This document shows, piece by piece, positions 38,759 to 50,510 of a DNA stretch of 64,000 nucleotides; position 1 is the first letter of the stretch, and every line of letters starts with the position of its first letter. The notes below the pieces were generated by a model. It had not been told where the DNA came from. It did no database searches and saw nothing but the letters and a program-made list of their open reading frames with translations. Position numbers and translations under genes: made by a program. Source of the DNA: Takakia lepidozioides (taxonomy: Eukaryota; Plantae; Bryophyta); the NCBI GenBank assembly GCA_030704615.1, contig CM060731.1:2046001-2110000 (forward strand), read 5' to 3'.

Positions 38759-39746
38759 ATGGGGTCGGGCAAGCCAAAGCGAAAGCGGAACGGCCCAAAA
38801 GATGATGATCCTGGTGAGCCCGATGGGGGCGACGTGTCACCAAGGCGGCCGTTTGAGGAAGCGATGCATGTTTCCGAAAACGAGGCCGCTCAAGAGCGGG
38901 AGGAATCTGAGGAGTCGGAGCCTGAGGAATCCCTGAGAGCTCCGACCGACCAACAGATGCATCCTATGCCGACAGCCTTTTGAGAAGGGTTGTTGGCGCA
39001 ATTTGGCGGGACGTTGACGTGTTGAAGGCGGCTAATGCCACTTCCACTAAGGCTAAGTTTAAGGTGAAGCCTAAGGAACCCGACACCTTCGAGGGCGTCC
39101 GAAATCGGAAGGCACTCAACACCTGGCTCTTGGAGCTAGAGTAGTACTTCCGGGCGGCCAAGTTGAGTGACGAGGATTGGGTGGAAGTGGCTCCCACCTA
39201 TTTGAGGGGCTTTGCTCAACAATGGTGGCAGAAACGCCTTCACGACCGAGGTCCAAGCCCGGAAACCTTGAACTGGAGTGGGTTCAAGGAATTGATGAAG
39301 AGGCAGTTTGTGCCACTCAACGCGTCCTAGCTCGCCCGGGACAAGATGAGGAATTTGAAGCAAATAGATGACATTCGGGGATATGTCCAGGCTTTCAATG
39401 TGCTGTTGCTCAAAGTCGCGGACATGGCAGAACCAGAAATGGTCTTCAACTTTGTGGCGGGACTGGCCCCATGGGCCAGGCGGAAGTTGGAGGAGAAGCC
39501 ACCTAAGACTTTGAACGAGGCAATTGAGAGGGCTGAATGTTTCTCGGATGTCCCTAAGGGTGAAAGACAAGGGCGTACGGAGCTGAACCACAAGAAAACC
39601 CGGCGGGAAGGTGACTCCTTCCGACCGGAAAAGAAGTGGGATAGGCCACGTGGCGACAATGGCACGTGGAAATCGAAGGGAGGGCCTTCACAAGTCAAGG
39701 CGACACCCGGTGCTTTGAAAGGAAAGGCGGGTGGAGCGGCCTATGG
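38759..39746 (+). pseudogene. Element C gag, N-terminal part (stops/frameshift)
   Basis: KPKEPDTFEGVRNRKALNTWLLELE*YF; MRNLKQIDDIRGYVQAF…FNFVAGLAPWAR. Ends …GKAGGAAY at the D TIR and continues as AYDGQKAT… at 30505 (minus). Confidence 0.88.
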
Positions 39747-40172
39747 GGGGGCTGCTATTTCATGAGCCATGAGCAGAGTCGTAAGTGTCGAAAAAAACAT
39801 GAGCAGGACTATTTTCAGGAAATGAGTGTCCGCGGGAATAGGGTTTAGGGTGTCACAGTCATAGGGGGAGAAGGACTGTTCGGCAATGTTTTTTAGAATT
39901 ACATATTGAAAGGCAATGTTTCGCGAATGGTAGGGTGGTACTGATCTGTACAATGGGGGCCCATTTCAGCCTACCAGCCACTTGCAAAATCCACCCACAC
40001 TCCCAATCCCAAAGGAAATGAGGAATGACGCATTTTGGGAACGATGGATACAGAATAGAACAAAAAGAGGGCACAATGGGATTTTTATTGATCCACATGA
40101 ATTGCATTTGAAGCACGTCTACTGTGCTGATTGTGCAAACAAATCTTTAGCCCTGTGCCTTCTGAATACAAG

Positions 40173-40872
40173 TCACGTTGTCAATGGGACTTCGACTGCT
40201 CTCAAAACTAGCTCATGAGTCTTCGGGCTCCTCCAGGTAAACTGGATTGCAGCCGTTGTACCGCCCCTGTTGATGTTCACCACAATGTCCTGCCCTTCAA
40301 TCATACCACCATCGAATATGGAAAGCTTCACGTTTTCGCCGTCCACACCAATGCGAATGTCCCCATACAATGGAGAAGATGAGCGCACTCCTTCAGGAGT
40401 ATAAGTCTCTCCGATGGAGTCCACCCACGTCCACTGGCAGCAGTTCCACCGCAACAGCATAGCTGTGCGCATTCTTCTGCATGGGTGCCCGTCGTAGCTG
40501 GGAAAATCGGAATCAAGGATGCGCAGGAGCCACGGACTCCTTTGACCCAGATCGTCACCCCGCGCCTGGGAGATACTCAAAAGCGGACAATGTTTCCACA
40601 TTCGAACCAGTATCTTCTGTGTAATCTGTGTACCAGATAACGATGTCTCCCGATGTGGCCGAATACATTGCATAATCGATGCCTCCATAAGGGCAGTCGT
40701 CTCGGTTCCGGAAGCACGGCATCCTTGCAAAGGAGGACCTGAGGACGTGTTTGATGCCGATGAAAATCACCTTGCGGACAGCAACGAAGCCCTTAGATTT
40801 TCGAAATGATGAGAAGCGGAAGAGCAGTGCGGGCTCCAATAATGGACCATCTGGGTCACAAGTACCCACCAA
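40173..40872 (-). pseudogene. Unknown-function cargo gene in the D arm (frameshifted), copy 1
   Basis: ORFs 40555-40872 and 40173-40730; paralogous to 41248-41466. Confidence 0.5.
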
Positions 40873-41247
40873 TCATCGTGTAACGTGTTCAACAAGCCAG
40901 CGGTGGATGAACCGATACCTCTTTCTCATCCACGGGGTATAGTTTGAAATCTGCCACCGAAGTCCATCCCCCGGATGGAAATTCGGCGCCGCATTTACAT
41001 CGAAGGGGGGATGGACTTCGTCGTCTCGAGTGGCTATAGGCCCACCTGGCACTTACTGCCCATAGTTTGCATGGCAGGGAAGGAAACTGAATCGGCTACA
41101 TCCATGGATGAGCCAATCTTCACCCCTGCAGGTTCCTTTAGGGGGAAATTTAAATGTGCCCTGGAGTATTTGTGACGAATTGCAGCGTTTGCTTGAATTT
41201 CTTCCAGCCACCGCGCTGCTACCTCCTCCATCCGGGAGCTGCTGTCA

Positions 41248-41466
41248 TTGAGCGTACTGCGCTACTCTTTTTCAGGGATGCCGTGCCGCCGAAATCCTGC
41301 TGACTGCCCTTATCATGGCCACAATTATGCTATGTTCAAACCACAATCAGGAGACATCATTGTCTGGCTTTCACTTTTCACAGACGCATCTGGAATCAAG
41401 CGGGAGTCTTTGCGCGCAATGGAGTATCTGGAGGGCTATTACCGCTTTGAGCGAGGTGAGGGCAAG
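41248..41466 (+). pseudogene. Unknown-function cargo gene, divergent paralog, truncated by a C-family LTR
   Basis: LRYSFSGMPCRRNPADCPYHGHNYAMFKPQSGDIIVW…EYLEG aligns with LRSSFARMPCFRNRDDCPYGGIDYAMYSATSGDIVIW…EYLPG. Confidence 0.5.
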
Positions 41467-41781
41467 TATTGCGCACCTCACTTCGGTAAACTCCCCTTCA
41501 AGTCATAGTTACTCGCTTTGATGCGCGCGCCTGACTCCCAACCTGGCCGCCGGGCCAACTTGGAGCTTCGGCTGCTCACCGGGACATAACGGTCCCCCTT
41601 TGCTCCCCCACTAAACCCTCCACCTATTTGGGCCTAGTGGAATTCCCTTTGGTAGATGGCAGTCCGGAACAGCTCCCCACTCTTTGGTCGCTTTCCGGCA
41701 CGCTCGCTCACTCACTAGTTTTTGGTCACCAACGGGCTTGCACCGTTCTCGGGGTTACTACTCCCTATATATACTTCTGTA
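41467..41781 (-). repeat. Truncated third LTR of family C
   Basis: TATTGCGCACCTCACTTCGG… matches 25314-25630 with more divergence; breaks off at ~41781. Confidence 0.88.
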
Positions 41782-41785
41782 CAAC

Positions 41786-42879
41786 GCAATGATTGGGCCA
41801 GACACTATTATAGGAGACTTTGCGGTAGTACCTTGTAATCTTTTCATCTCCTCTACCAGTGCGTTGTACATTATGTCCGCCCATTGTACCTCTCGTCCCT
41901 TCAGGCCTTTGAGTATTTCCTCCGTGAAGGATCTGCTCAAATACTGTTGGTTCTGTTTCATGGCAATCAGAACGTTCAATACCTGGCCTACCTCTTTTAA
42001 CCCTGGGTACACAGCCTTGGTACAAGCATAACCCTGAGTTTTAAAGAAACTCCCTTCTTGGAATAAGTCCTCTATTTGCAGTCTTGCCCTGTGTTGCTCC
42101 ACATGCACCTGACCTGCTGGTATTCGAAACAATTGCTGGAGGTATAGGGGAGTAATCATTAATTCAACTCCCTTCACCGTTGTTGTTCCTGTCCTTGGCT
42201 CAAAGTTCTGCAAAAATTGTAACATGTACTGTCTATGGTGTAGTGTCCAATCTAGGCTTTGCAATCCTTGCAATCTCAGCTCCTCCAGTATCTGTATCGC
42301 CTGTGGGGTAGCAATTGTTTGTTTCTGCAGAATCGTGGTGCTCTTCACCCTGATTTCCTCCATGCCTCTCACTCTCTTCATTTTAGACTCACCGAACTGT
42401 TTTGGCTGTAACAACTGTAGGAATGCCTGTAGTGCACAAAGCATGAACGTATGGTTGCCACAGAAAGCTATGGGTAATTTGTTGTAAGCCTGCGGGGCTT
42501 GCAAGCATCGCTCAAGAGAAAAGCTCCGCTCTATCCTTTCGTGTCTATGCCACTGCGTAACTAATATTACGAGCGTATAGTCTGTTAGTTCCTCCATAGT
42601 TTCTAAGGTATAGCATTGATGGTCTGTCCTGTCGAGACGTCCGTTACTCAGAATGACGCCGCCTCTTGCGCTCAATTTCCCTCCATTTTCTTGATCCTTT
42701 CTCTGGTTTTCTATTGGTTGTATCCGCCGTGACTGGATTTTAGATTTTATCTTCTTTAGTGGACTTTCCTTGTTGGATAGTCCACTAGGATCACACATGT
42801 GACAAGAATTCGGCTTTTCTGTACTTGCCGTTCGTTCCGTTTCCTTTTTTCCGTACTCATTAATGGGCCCGCCTTTCAT
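41786..42879 (-). pseudogene. B2 extra 3' ORF, N-terminal part (truncated)
   Basis: MEELTDYTL…SPIIVSGPIIA in a single frame; matches B1 12128-12945. Confidence 0.8.
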
Positions 42880-42897
42880 CCCTTTTGACGGCCGTTC

Positions 42898-45800
42898 TTA
42901 TCCTCTTTCTTTTTGACACCTGTTCTTGCACTTCCTTCTCGGCTGTGTGTCGCGCCCTGACCTCCACGTGTCCATTTTTAAAGTAATTTCCGTTTCCTCT
43001 TCCGTCAGCCATTTTCCTGAAGTTATTATGTGTCCACTTGTCACTGATTCTATGGATCGTGTAACTTTAGTAGGCTGTGTTGAGCTGTGACAGGCTGTGT
43101 CATACTGTGTTACGCTGTGATAGGCTGTGATGCATTGTGGTAAGCTGTGATAGGCTGTGACACGCTGTGGTAGGTTGTGATAGGCTGTGTTGCGCCGTGC
43201 TGGGCTGTGATAGGCTGTGTTGCGCCTTGCTGGGCTGTGATAGGCTGTGTCACGTCGTGATGGGCTGTGATAGGCTGTGTTGCGCCTTGATGGGCTGTGA
43301 TAGGCTGTGTCACGTCGTGATGGGCTGTGATAGGCTGTGTTGCGCCTTGATGGGCTGTGATAGGATGTGTCACGTTTGTTTTGCCCACCCTGGTCATATA
43401 TGCTGGGCCTAGCGACAAGTGTTCCATACTCCGTTCGTAACACTGGTGCAGCCCGTGACTGCTCTTGCGGTTCAACATGCAAATCATGCTGCAGGGGTTT
43501 GTCATGGATACCACTATACCCCTTCAACTTATTTGCATTGACTCTTCCCAGCATTTCTTTGTTAATGGTTTGTAACATGGCGGTGTTGTTATCATACATC
43601 TTTTGTATGACATAAGGTCCTTTCCACGGTGATTTAAGCTTAGAAGCTTGAATCTTTCCTTTCTTCTGCAACCATAGAACCAAATCCCCCGTCTTAAAAG
43701 TCTTTAACTTGCCTTCATCAAACTGTTCCTTTCGCTTCATCTGAATTCTGGTCATATTATCAGCTGCATCAGCACGTACTTCTTCCACATGGTATAATTC
43801 ATGTTTCCTGACCTTGATGGAGTCTTGCAATTCCATTCTTTTTCCCCACTCCGTTCTCATGGTAGGTAACAGGAATTCCACTGGAAGTTAGGCTTCCATG
43901 CCATAAACTAATTGGAATGGTGTATACTTAGTGGTGACTTTATATGAGGTCCTGTATGACCACAAAGCTGTCAGCAGCTTTGTATCCCAATCCGTTCTGT
44001 TTGCATTGACTATCTTAGCCAAGATAGTACATAGTATTTTGTTGGTAGCCTCTGCTTGCCCATTACCCTGTGGGTAATATGTTGTACTCTTTCTATGCAC
44101 AATCATAAACTCTTTAGTCAACAACTCAATGGTCTCATTCATGAAGTGACTTCCTTGATCACTGATAAATTCTAAGGGACAGCCAAATCGTGTAAGTATG
44201 TTCTCGTACAGGAACCTTGCTGTGGACTTGGCTGTGTTGTCCCTCAAAGCTTTAGCTTCCACCCACTTTGTAGTATAATCAGTGGCTGTAATTATGTACC
44301 TGTTTCGTGTATTCTTGGATGGTGGGTTAATTGGTCCAACAAAGTCTAGTCCCCATTTCTGAAATGGTTCCGTAGGCATTGTAGGATGCAAGGCCATCCT
44401 TCCAGATCTCTGCAAAGGTCCTAGCCTCTGACATTCATCACACTTCTGACAATACTCATGTACATCTTTGAACAAAGTAGGCCACCAGTATCCTGCGAGT
44501 AGTATCTTTCTACTGGTAGTCTCTTCTCCAAAATGACCTCCAGCCACTCCTTTATGAACTTCCGCCAAAACTTTATTTACTTCATGGTGGTACAAGCATC
44601 GTTTTAGTACTCCATCAGGTCCTAACTTATACATTCTGCTTCCTACCATAGTATAAGGTAAAGCTTTGATATCGATTCTCTTCCTCTGCTCCTTACCATA
44701 ACTAGGTGGGCACTGACCATGAGCAAGGTAGTATCTGATTGGCCACTGCCAATCTAACCATTCATCTGCACTTCTTTGCACCTCCATTACAAATAAACTC
44801 GCATCAGGTAACTGATCGTCCACTCCAGTGGCGGCCTCTCCTGTTGTTAGTCGTGACAAATGATCTGCCACAAGATGCAAACGGCCAGGCTTGTAAATAA
44901 CCTCGAACTCAAACTCATGCAAGATTATTAACCATCTTGCTATTCTTCCGCTTATCAGAGGTTTGTTTACCAGGTATATCAGAGCCTGGTGATCCACATA
45001 GAACATAAACTTCTTGCCCAACAGGTAATGCCTGAATTTCTTCACTGCATAGATCATTGCCAATGCTTCTCTTTCCGTTGTATTATAGTTCCTCTCAGCA
45101 CTGTTCATCAACCGGCTAGCATAGTACACAGGTGAATCTATATTCCCTGTAACATTCTGGGCTAACACCGCTCCCAACGCTTCTCCTGATGCATCGCAAT
45201 GAACATGGAATACTACATGCCAGTGAGGGTTAATCAGTACAGGTGTAGTTGTTACTGACAGTGTAAGTTCCTCAAATGCCTGTTGACATTCCGCTGTCCA
45301 GGCAAACACTGCATCTTTCTTCAGTAGTTTGCTCAATGGTGCTGCTATTTGTGCATACCTTTTGACAAATCTCCTGTAATAACTGGTTTGCCCAAGGAAT
45401 CTTCGTAGACTTTTAACATTCACTGGTGGTGGAGAGGCTTTAATGGACTCTGTCTTTCTGGGATCCACAAGGAGTCCCTTCTTACACACAATGTGTCCCA
45501 GAAGCACCCCTGAGTTCACACAGAAAGTACACTTCTCTGGATTCAGGCCCAGACCTCTCATCCTGCATCTGACCAAGCATAACTCCAATTTATGCAAGTG
45601 CTCATTCTTAGAGCTGTACACACTGAAATCATCCAAGAACACCTGCATGAAATCATCCAGATACTCATGAAAAGATTCACTTATCACTCTCTGAAAGGTC
45701 GCTGGTGCATTACAAAGTCCAAAGGGCATGACTTTGTATGCATAAGCCCCCAGTCTGTGATGAAAGCTGTTTTCCCTTGGTCTTCTTCTGCCACTTGCAC

Positions 45801-46352
45801 TTGATTATAACCACTGAAGCCATCCATGAATGAGTACATTTCATGGCCTGCCACAGTGTCTAATACTGCTTCTGTGAATGGCAAAGGGAAAGGATCTTTC
45901 TTCGTACAAGCATTCAGCTTCTTATAGTTCATACATACTCTTAGTTTGCCATTCTTCTTGGGAACTATAACAATGGGTGACAACCAAGTTGTATACTCTA
46001 TTGGGTATATAAACTTAACCTCAGCCAACTTCTTTATCTCTTCTCCAACCTTCTGTGCGTAGTTGGGATTCATTCTATACCTCGCCTGCTTGATTGGTAC
46101 TGACCCTGGTTCTAGTTCAATCTTATGCTGACAGACTTCAGGTGGTATCCCTTTTAGATCCTCATAGCTCCAAGCAAATACATCTCTGTATTTGATGAAC
46201 AAGCTTTTAGCTTCTTCGAAAAATTCCGGCTCCAAATCAGCTCCTACTTTCACCATCCTCGGTTCTTCCTTAGTTCCCACATTTACTTCTCTCACCTGCT
46301 CATCAGCTGTGATTGTCCAACCAGTTACCACTTCATCCTGTAAGCTCACAGT
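42898..46352 (-). pseudogene. B2 RT-RNaseH-integrase with repeat-containing C-terminal tail
   Basis: ORFs 45684-46448, 43888-45729 and 42898-43881; two single-base frameshifts. Confidence 0.93.
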
Positions 46353-46522
46353 GGGGGCTGCTATTTCATGAGCGGCATGAGCATGAGCGGAAAAAAAAAA
46401 AGCATGAGCAGACCATTGTAAGTCCACGGAAATAGGGTTAGGAGGCACGGAAATAGGGTCATGTGAAGTTGGAATGTGGCACCAGTGGACTTGAAATGCA
46501 ACATTTTATTGCATTTACTTGC

Positions 46523-46645
46523 CGAAAATGGCTAAGTCCCAGATCTGACTAGGCCCGGAACTGGAAAAATGGCGCCGAATTTCCGATTTTGGTGCCAGTC
46601 AGATCTGGGACTTAGCCATTTTAGGCCCCGAACTAGAACAATGGC

Positions 46646-46688
<43 letters not shown>

Positions 46689-47650
46689 CGGTGCCATTTT
46701 ACTTGTTCGGGCCTAAAATGGCTAAGTCCCAGATCTGACTGGGCCCGGAACTGGAAAAATGGCGCCGAATTTCCGATTTTGGTGCCAGCCATTCTAGGGA
46801 CTTAGCCATTTTCGGCCCTGAAAGTACCCACTGGCTATGCCTCTGCTTTCAAAAAACATGTGGTCAAACAAAAGTTGAGCCAATTGAAGTCGCTCTAGTA
46901 CTTGAGATGGAGAGTGGGTGAGGTCTGTATGGTGGAGTCTTTTAGCAAAGGTGCCATTGGCTTGACTTATATAACATGATAGAATGGTTTCTCCTCTTTT
47001 CACCATTTCCGTATCACTAGAAGAAGATCTGCTTACATCTATAAGTGCAAGGTGTTAGCATAGTTAACACTTGTGTGTGGAAAAGAGCTTGATAGATAGC
47101 TCTTAAGTTACAAGCTGTTGCAGGGTTTGCAAGAAGAAAGTCTTGTGGTGTTTATGTACAAGAGGAGGTCTTCAAGAAGAGCATCATTGAAAGTTTGAGA
47201 GCTTGTGAAGAAGCTCTTGTTCTGCAAGTGTTGCAGGGTTTGAGGAGTTCAAGAAGAGCTCGGGTGTTAAGGAAGCAAGTGGTGCATGTGTGGAGTATGG
47301 TTTCAGCTTGTGGGAGTCTTCAACTTCCATTTTTCCTGTTCGGGGCCGAAAATGGCTAAGTCCCAGATCTGACTGGGCCCAGAACTGGAAAAATGGCGCC
47401 GAATTTCCGATTTTGGGTGCCAGTCAGATCTGGGACTTAGCCGTTTTCAGCCCGGAACAACAAAAATATCGTTATTTTTTTATTTTTTTTTTTTTTTTTT
47501 TCGGCGCGATTTAACCAGTTCGGGGCCGAAAATGGCTAAGTCCCAGATCTGACTGGGCCCAGAAATGGAAAAATGGCGCCGAATTTCCAATTTTGGGTGC
47601 CAGTCAGATCTGGGACTTAGCCGTTTTCGGCCCCGAACTGGAAAAATGGC

Positions 47651-47683
<33 letters not shown>

Positions 47684-48025
47684 CGGCGCCATTTTTCCAT
47701 TTCGTTGCCGAAAATGGCTAAGTCCCAGATTTGACTGGCACCAAAATCGGAAATTCGGCGCCATTTTTCCAGTCATGCAGGTAATTCCAAGAGCGGATGG
47801 ATGGAAATCCGGCGCCGGATTACCATCCGCCAGCTAGGTCGGCGCGCAAAATTTCCGTCATGCAGGTAATTCGAAGAGCGGATGGATGAAAATCCGGCGC
47901 CGGATTTCCATCCATCCGCTCTTCGAATTACCTGCATGACTGGAAAAATGGCGCCGAATTTCCAATTTTGGGTGCCAGTCAGATCTGGGACTTAGCCGTT
48001 TTCGGCCCCAAACAAGAAAAATGGC

Positions 48026-48061
<36 letters not shown>

Positions 48062-48403
48062 CGGCGACTTTTTTCCATTTCGTTGCCGAAAATGGCTAAG
48101 TCCCAGATCTGACTGGCACCAAAATCGGAAATTCGGCGCCATTTTTCCAGTCATGCAGGTAATTCCAAGAGCGGATGGATGGAAATCCGGCGCCGGATTT
48201 CCATCCACCAGGTAAGTCGGCGAGCAAAATTTCCGTCATGCAGGTAATTCGAAGAGCGGATGGATGAAAATTCGGCGCCGGATTTCCATCCATCCGCTCT
48301 TGGAATTACCTGCATGACTGGAAAAATGGCGCCGAATTTCCGATTTTGGGTGCCAGTCAGATCTGGGACTTAACCGTTTTCGGCCCCGACATGGAAAAAT
48401 GGC

Positions 48404-48438
<35 letters not shown>

Positions 48439-48960
48439 GCGCCATTTTTCCATTTCGGGGCCGAAAATGGCTAAGTCCCAGATCTGACTTGCACCAAAAT
48501 CGGAAATTCGGCGCCATTTTTCCAGTCATGCAGGTAATTCCAAGAGCGGATGGATGGAAATCCGGCGCCGGATTTCCATCCACCAGGTAAGTCGGCGCGC
48601 AAAATTTCCGTCGTGCAGGTAATTCGAAGAGCGGATGGATGAAAATCCGGCGCCGGATTTCCATCCATCCGCTCTTGGAATTACCTGCATGACTGGAAAA
48701 ATGGCGCCGAATTTCCGATTTTGGGTGCCAGTCAGATCTGGGACTTAGCCGTTTTCGCCCCGACATGGAAAAATGGCGTTTTTTTATTTTTTTTATTTTT
48801 ATTATTATTATTTTTTGGCGCCATTTTTCCATTTCGGGGCCGAAAATGGCTAAGTCCCAGATCTGACTTGCACCAAAATCGGAAATTCGGCGCCATTTTT
48901 CCAGTCATGCAGGTAATTCCAAGAGCGGATGGATGGAAATCCGGAGCCGAATTTCCATCC
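46523..48960. repeat. D3 hairpin/poly-T higher-order repeat (interrupted by unique DNA ~46820-47330)
   Basis: Inverted pairs AAAATGGCTAAGTCCCAGATCTGACTGG / CCAGTCAGATCTGGGACTTAGCC flanking GGAAAAATGGCGCCGAATTTCC; long T tracts; ~378-bp period (47701 vs 48079). Confidence 0.9.
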
Positions 48961-49014
48961 GCCAGCTAGGTCGGCGCGCAAAATTTCCGTCATGCAGGTA
49001 ATTCGAAGAGCGGA

Positions 49015-50510
49015 TGGATGGAAATTCGGCACCGGATTTCCATCCGCAAGGTTGGTCGGAGAACGGATGGATGGAGATCCGGCACCGGATTTCCATCCTG
49101 CAGGTAAGTGGAATCCCGGATGGATGGAAATCCGGCGCCGAATATCCATCCTGCAGGTAATTCGAATCCCAGATGGACGGAAATTCGGCGCCGGATTTCC
49201 ATCCTGCAGGTAATTCGAAACCCGGATGCATGGAAGTTCGGCGCCAAATTTCCATCCTGCAGGTAAGTGGAATCCCGGATGGATGGAAATTCGGCGCCGG
49301 ATTTCCATCCAGCAGGTAAGTGGAATCCCGGATGGATGGAAATTCGGCGCCGGATTTCCATCCAGCAGGTAAGTGGAATCCCGGATGATTGGAAATTCGG
49401 CGCCGAATTTCCGTCCAGCAGGTAATTCGAATCCCGGATGGATGGAAATTCGGCGCCGCATTTCCATCCAGCAGGTTACTGGAATCCCGGATGAATCGAA
49501 ATCCGGCGCCGAATTTCCATCCTGCAGGTATTTCATCGCTGAGAATTACCTTCCTGCAGGTAATTCTGATCAATGAATTACCTTCCTGTAGGTAATTCTC
49601 AGCGATGAATTACCTTCCTGCAGGTAATTCTGAGCGAGGAATTACCTTCCTACCTTCGTCGATAAGAATTACCTGCAGGAAGGTAATTCATCGATCAGAA
49701 TTACCTGCAGGAAGGTAATTCTCAGCGATGAAATACCTGCTTAATGGAAATTCGGCGCCGAATATCCATACGCCAGCGATCCGACTTACCAGCTGGATGG
49801 AAATTCGGTGCCGGATTTCCATCCATCCGGGATTCACTTACCTGCTGGATGGAAATTCGGCGCCGAATTTCCATCCATCCGGGATTCGAATTACCTGCAG
49901 GATGGATATGCGGCGCCGGATTTCGATCGATCCGGGATTTCACTTACCTGCTGGATGGAAATTCGGCGCGGATTTCCATCCATCCGGGATTCAACTTACC
50001 TGCTGGATGGAAATTCGGCGCCGAATTTCCATACATCCGGGATTCGAATTACCTGCAGGATGGATATGCGGCGCCGGATTTCGATCGATCCGGGATTTCA
50101 CTTACCTGCTGGATGGAAATTCGGCGCCGAATTTCCATACATCCGGGATTCGAATTACCTGCAGGATGGATATGCGGCGCCGGATTTCGATCGATCCGGG
50201 ATTTCACTTACCTGCTGGATGGAAATTCGGCGCCGGATTTCCATCCATCCGGGATTCAACTTACCTGCTGGATGGAAATTCGGCGCCGAATTTCCATACA
50301 TCCGGGATTCGAATTACCTGCAGGATGGATATGCGGCGCCGGATTTCCATCGATCCGGGATTTCACTTACCTGCTGGATGGAAATTCGCGCCGGATTTCC
50401 ATCCATCCGGGATTCGAATTACCTGCAGGATGGATATGCGGCGCCGGATTTCGATCGATCCGGGATTTCACTTACCTGCTGGATGGAAATTCGGCGCCGA
50501 ATTTCCATCC
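49015..50510. repeat. D3 mirror-image arrays of the palindrome GGAAATTCGGCGCCGAATTTCC at 53-bp period
   Basis: Cores at 49020, 49073 … 49497 (10 units) and 49746 … 50485 (~15 units, opposite orientation); 48-bp perfect inverted repeat at 49524-49571 / 49693-49740 in the centre. Confidence 0.93.

Larger units (their letters stand above)
39747..41466. mobile_element. D2 opposite (left) arm with cargo ORFs
   Basis: Terminal GGGGGCTGCTATTTCATGAGC, identical to the D3 left end; D-type palindrome at ~40976. Confidence 0.8.
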
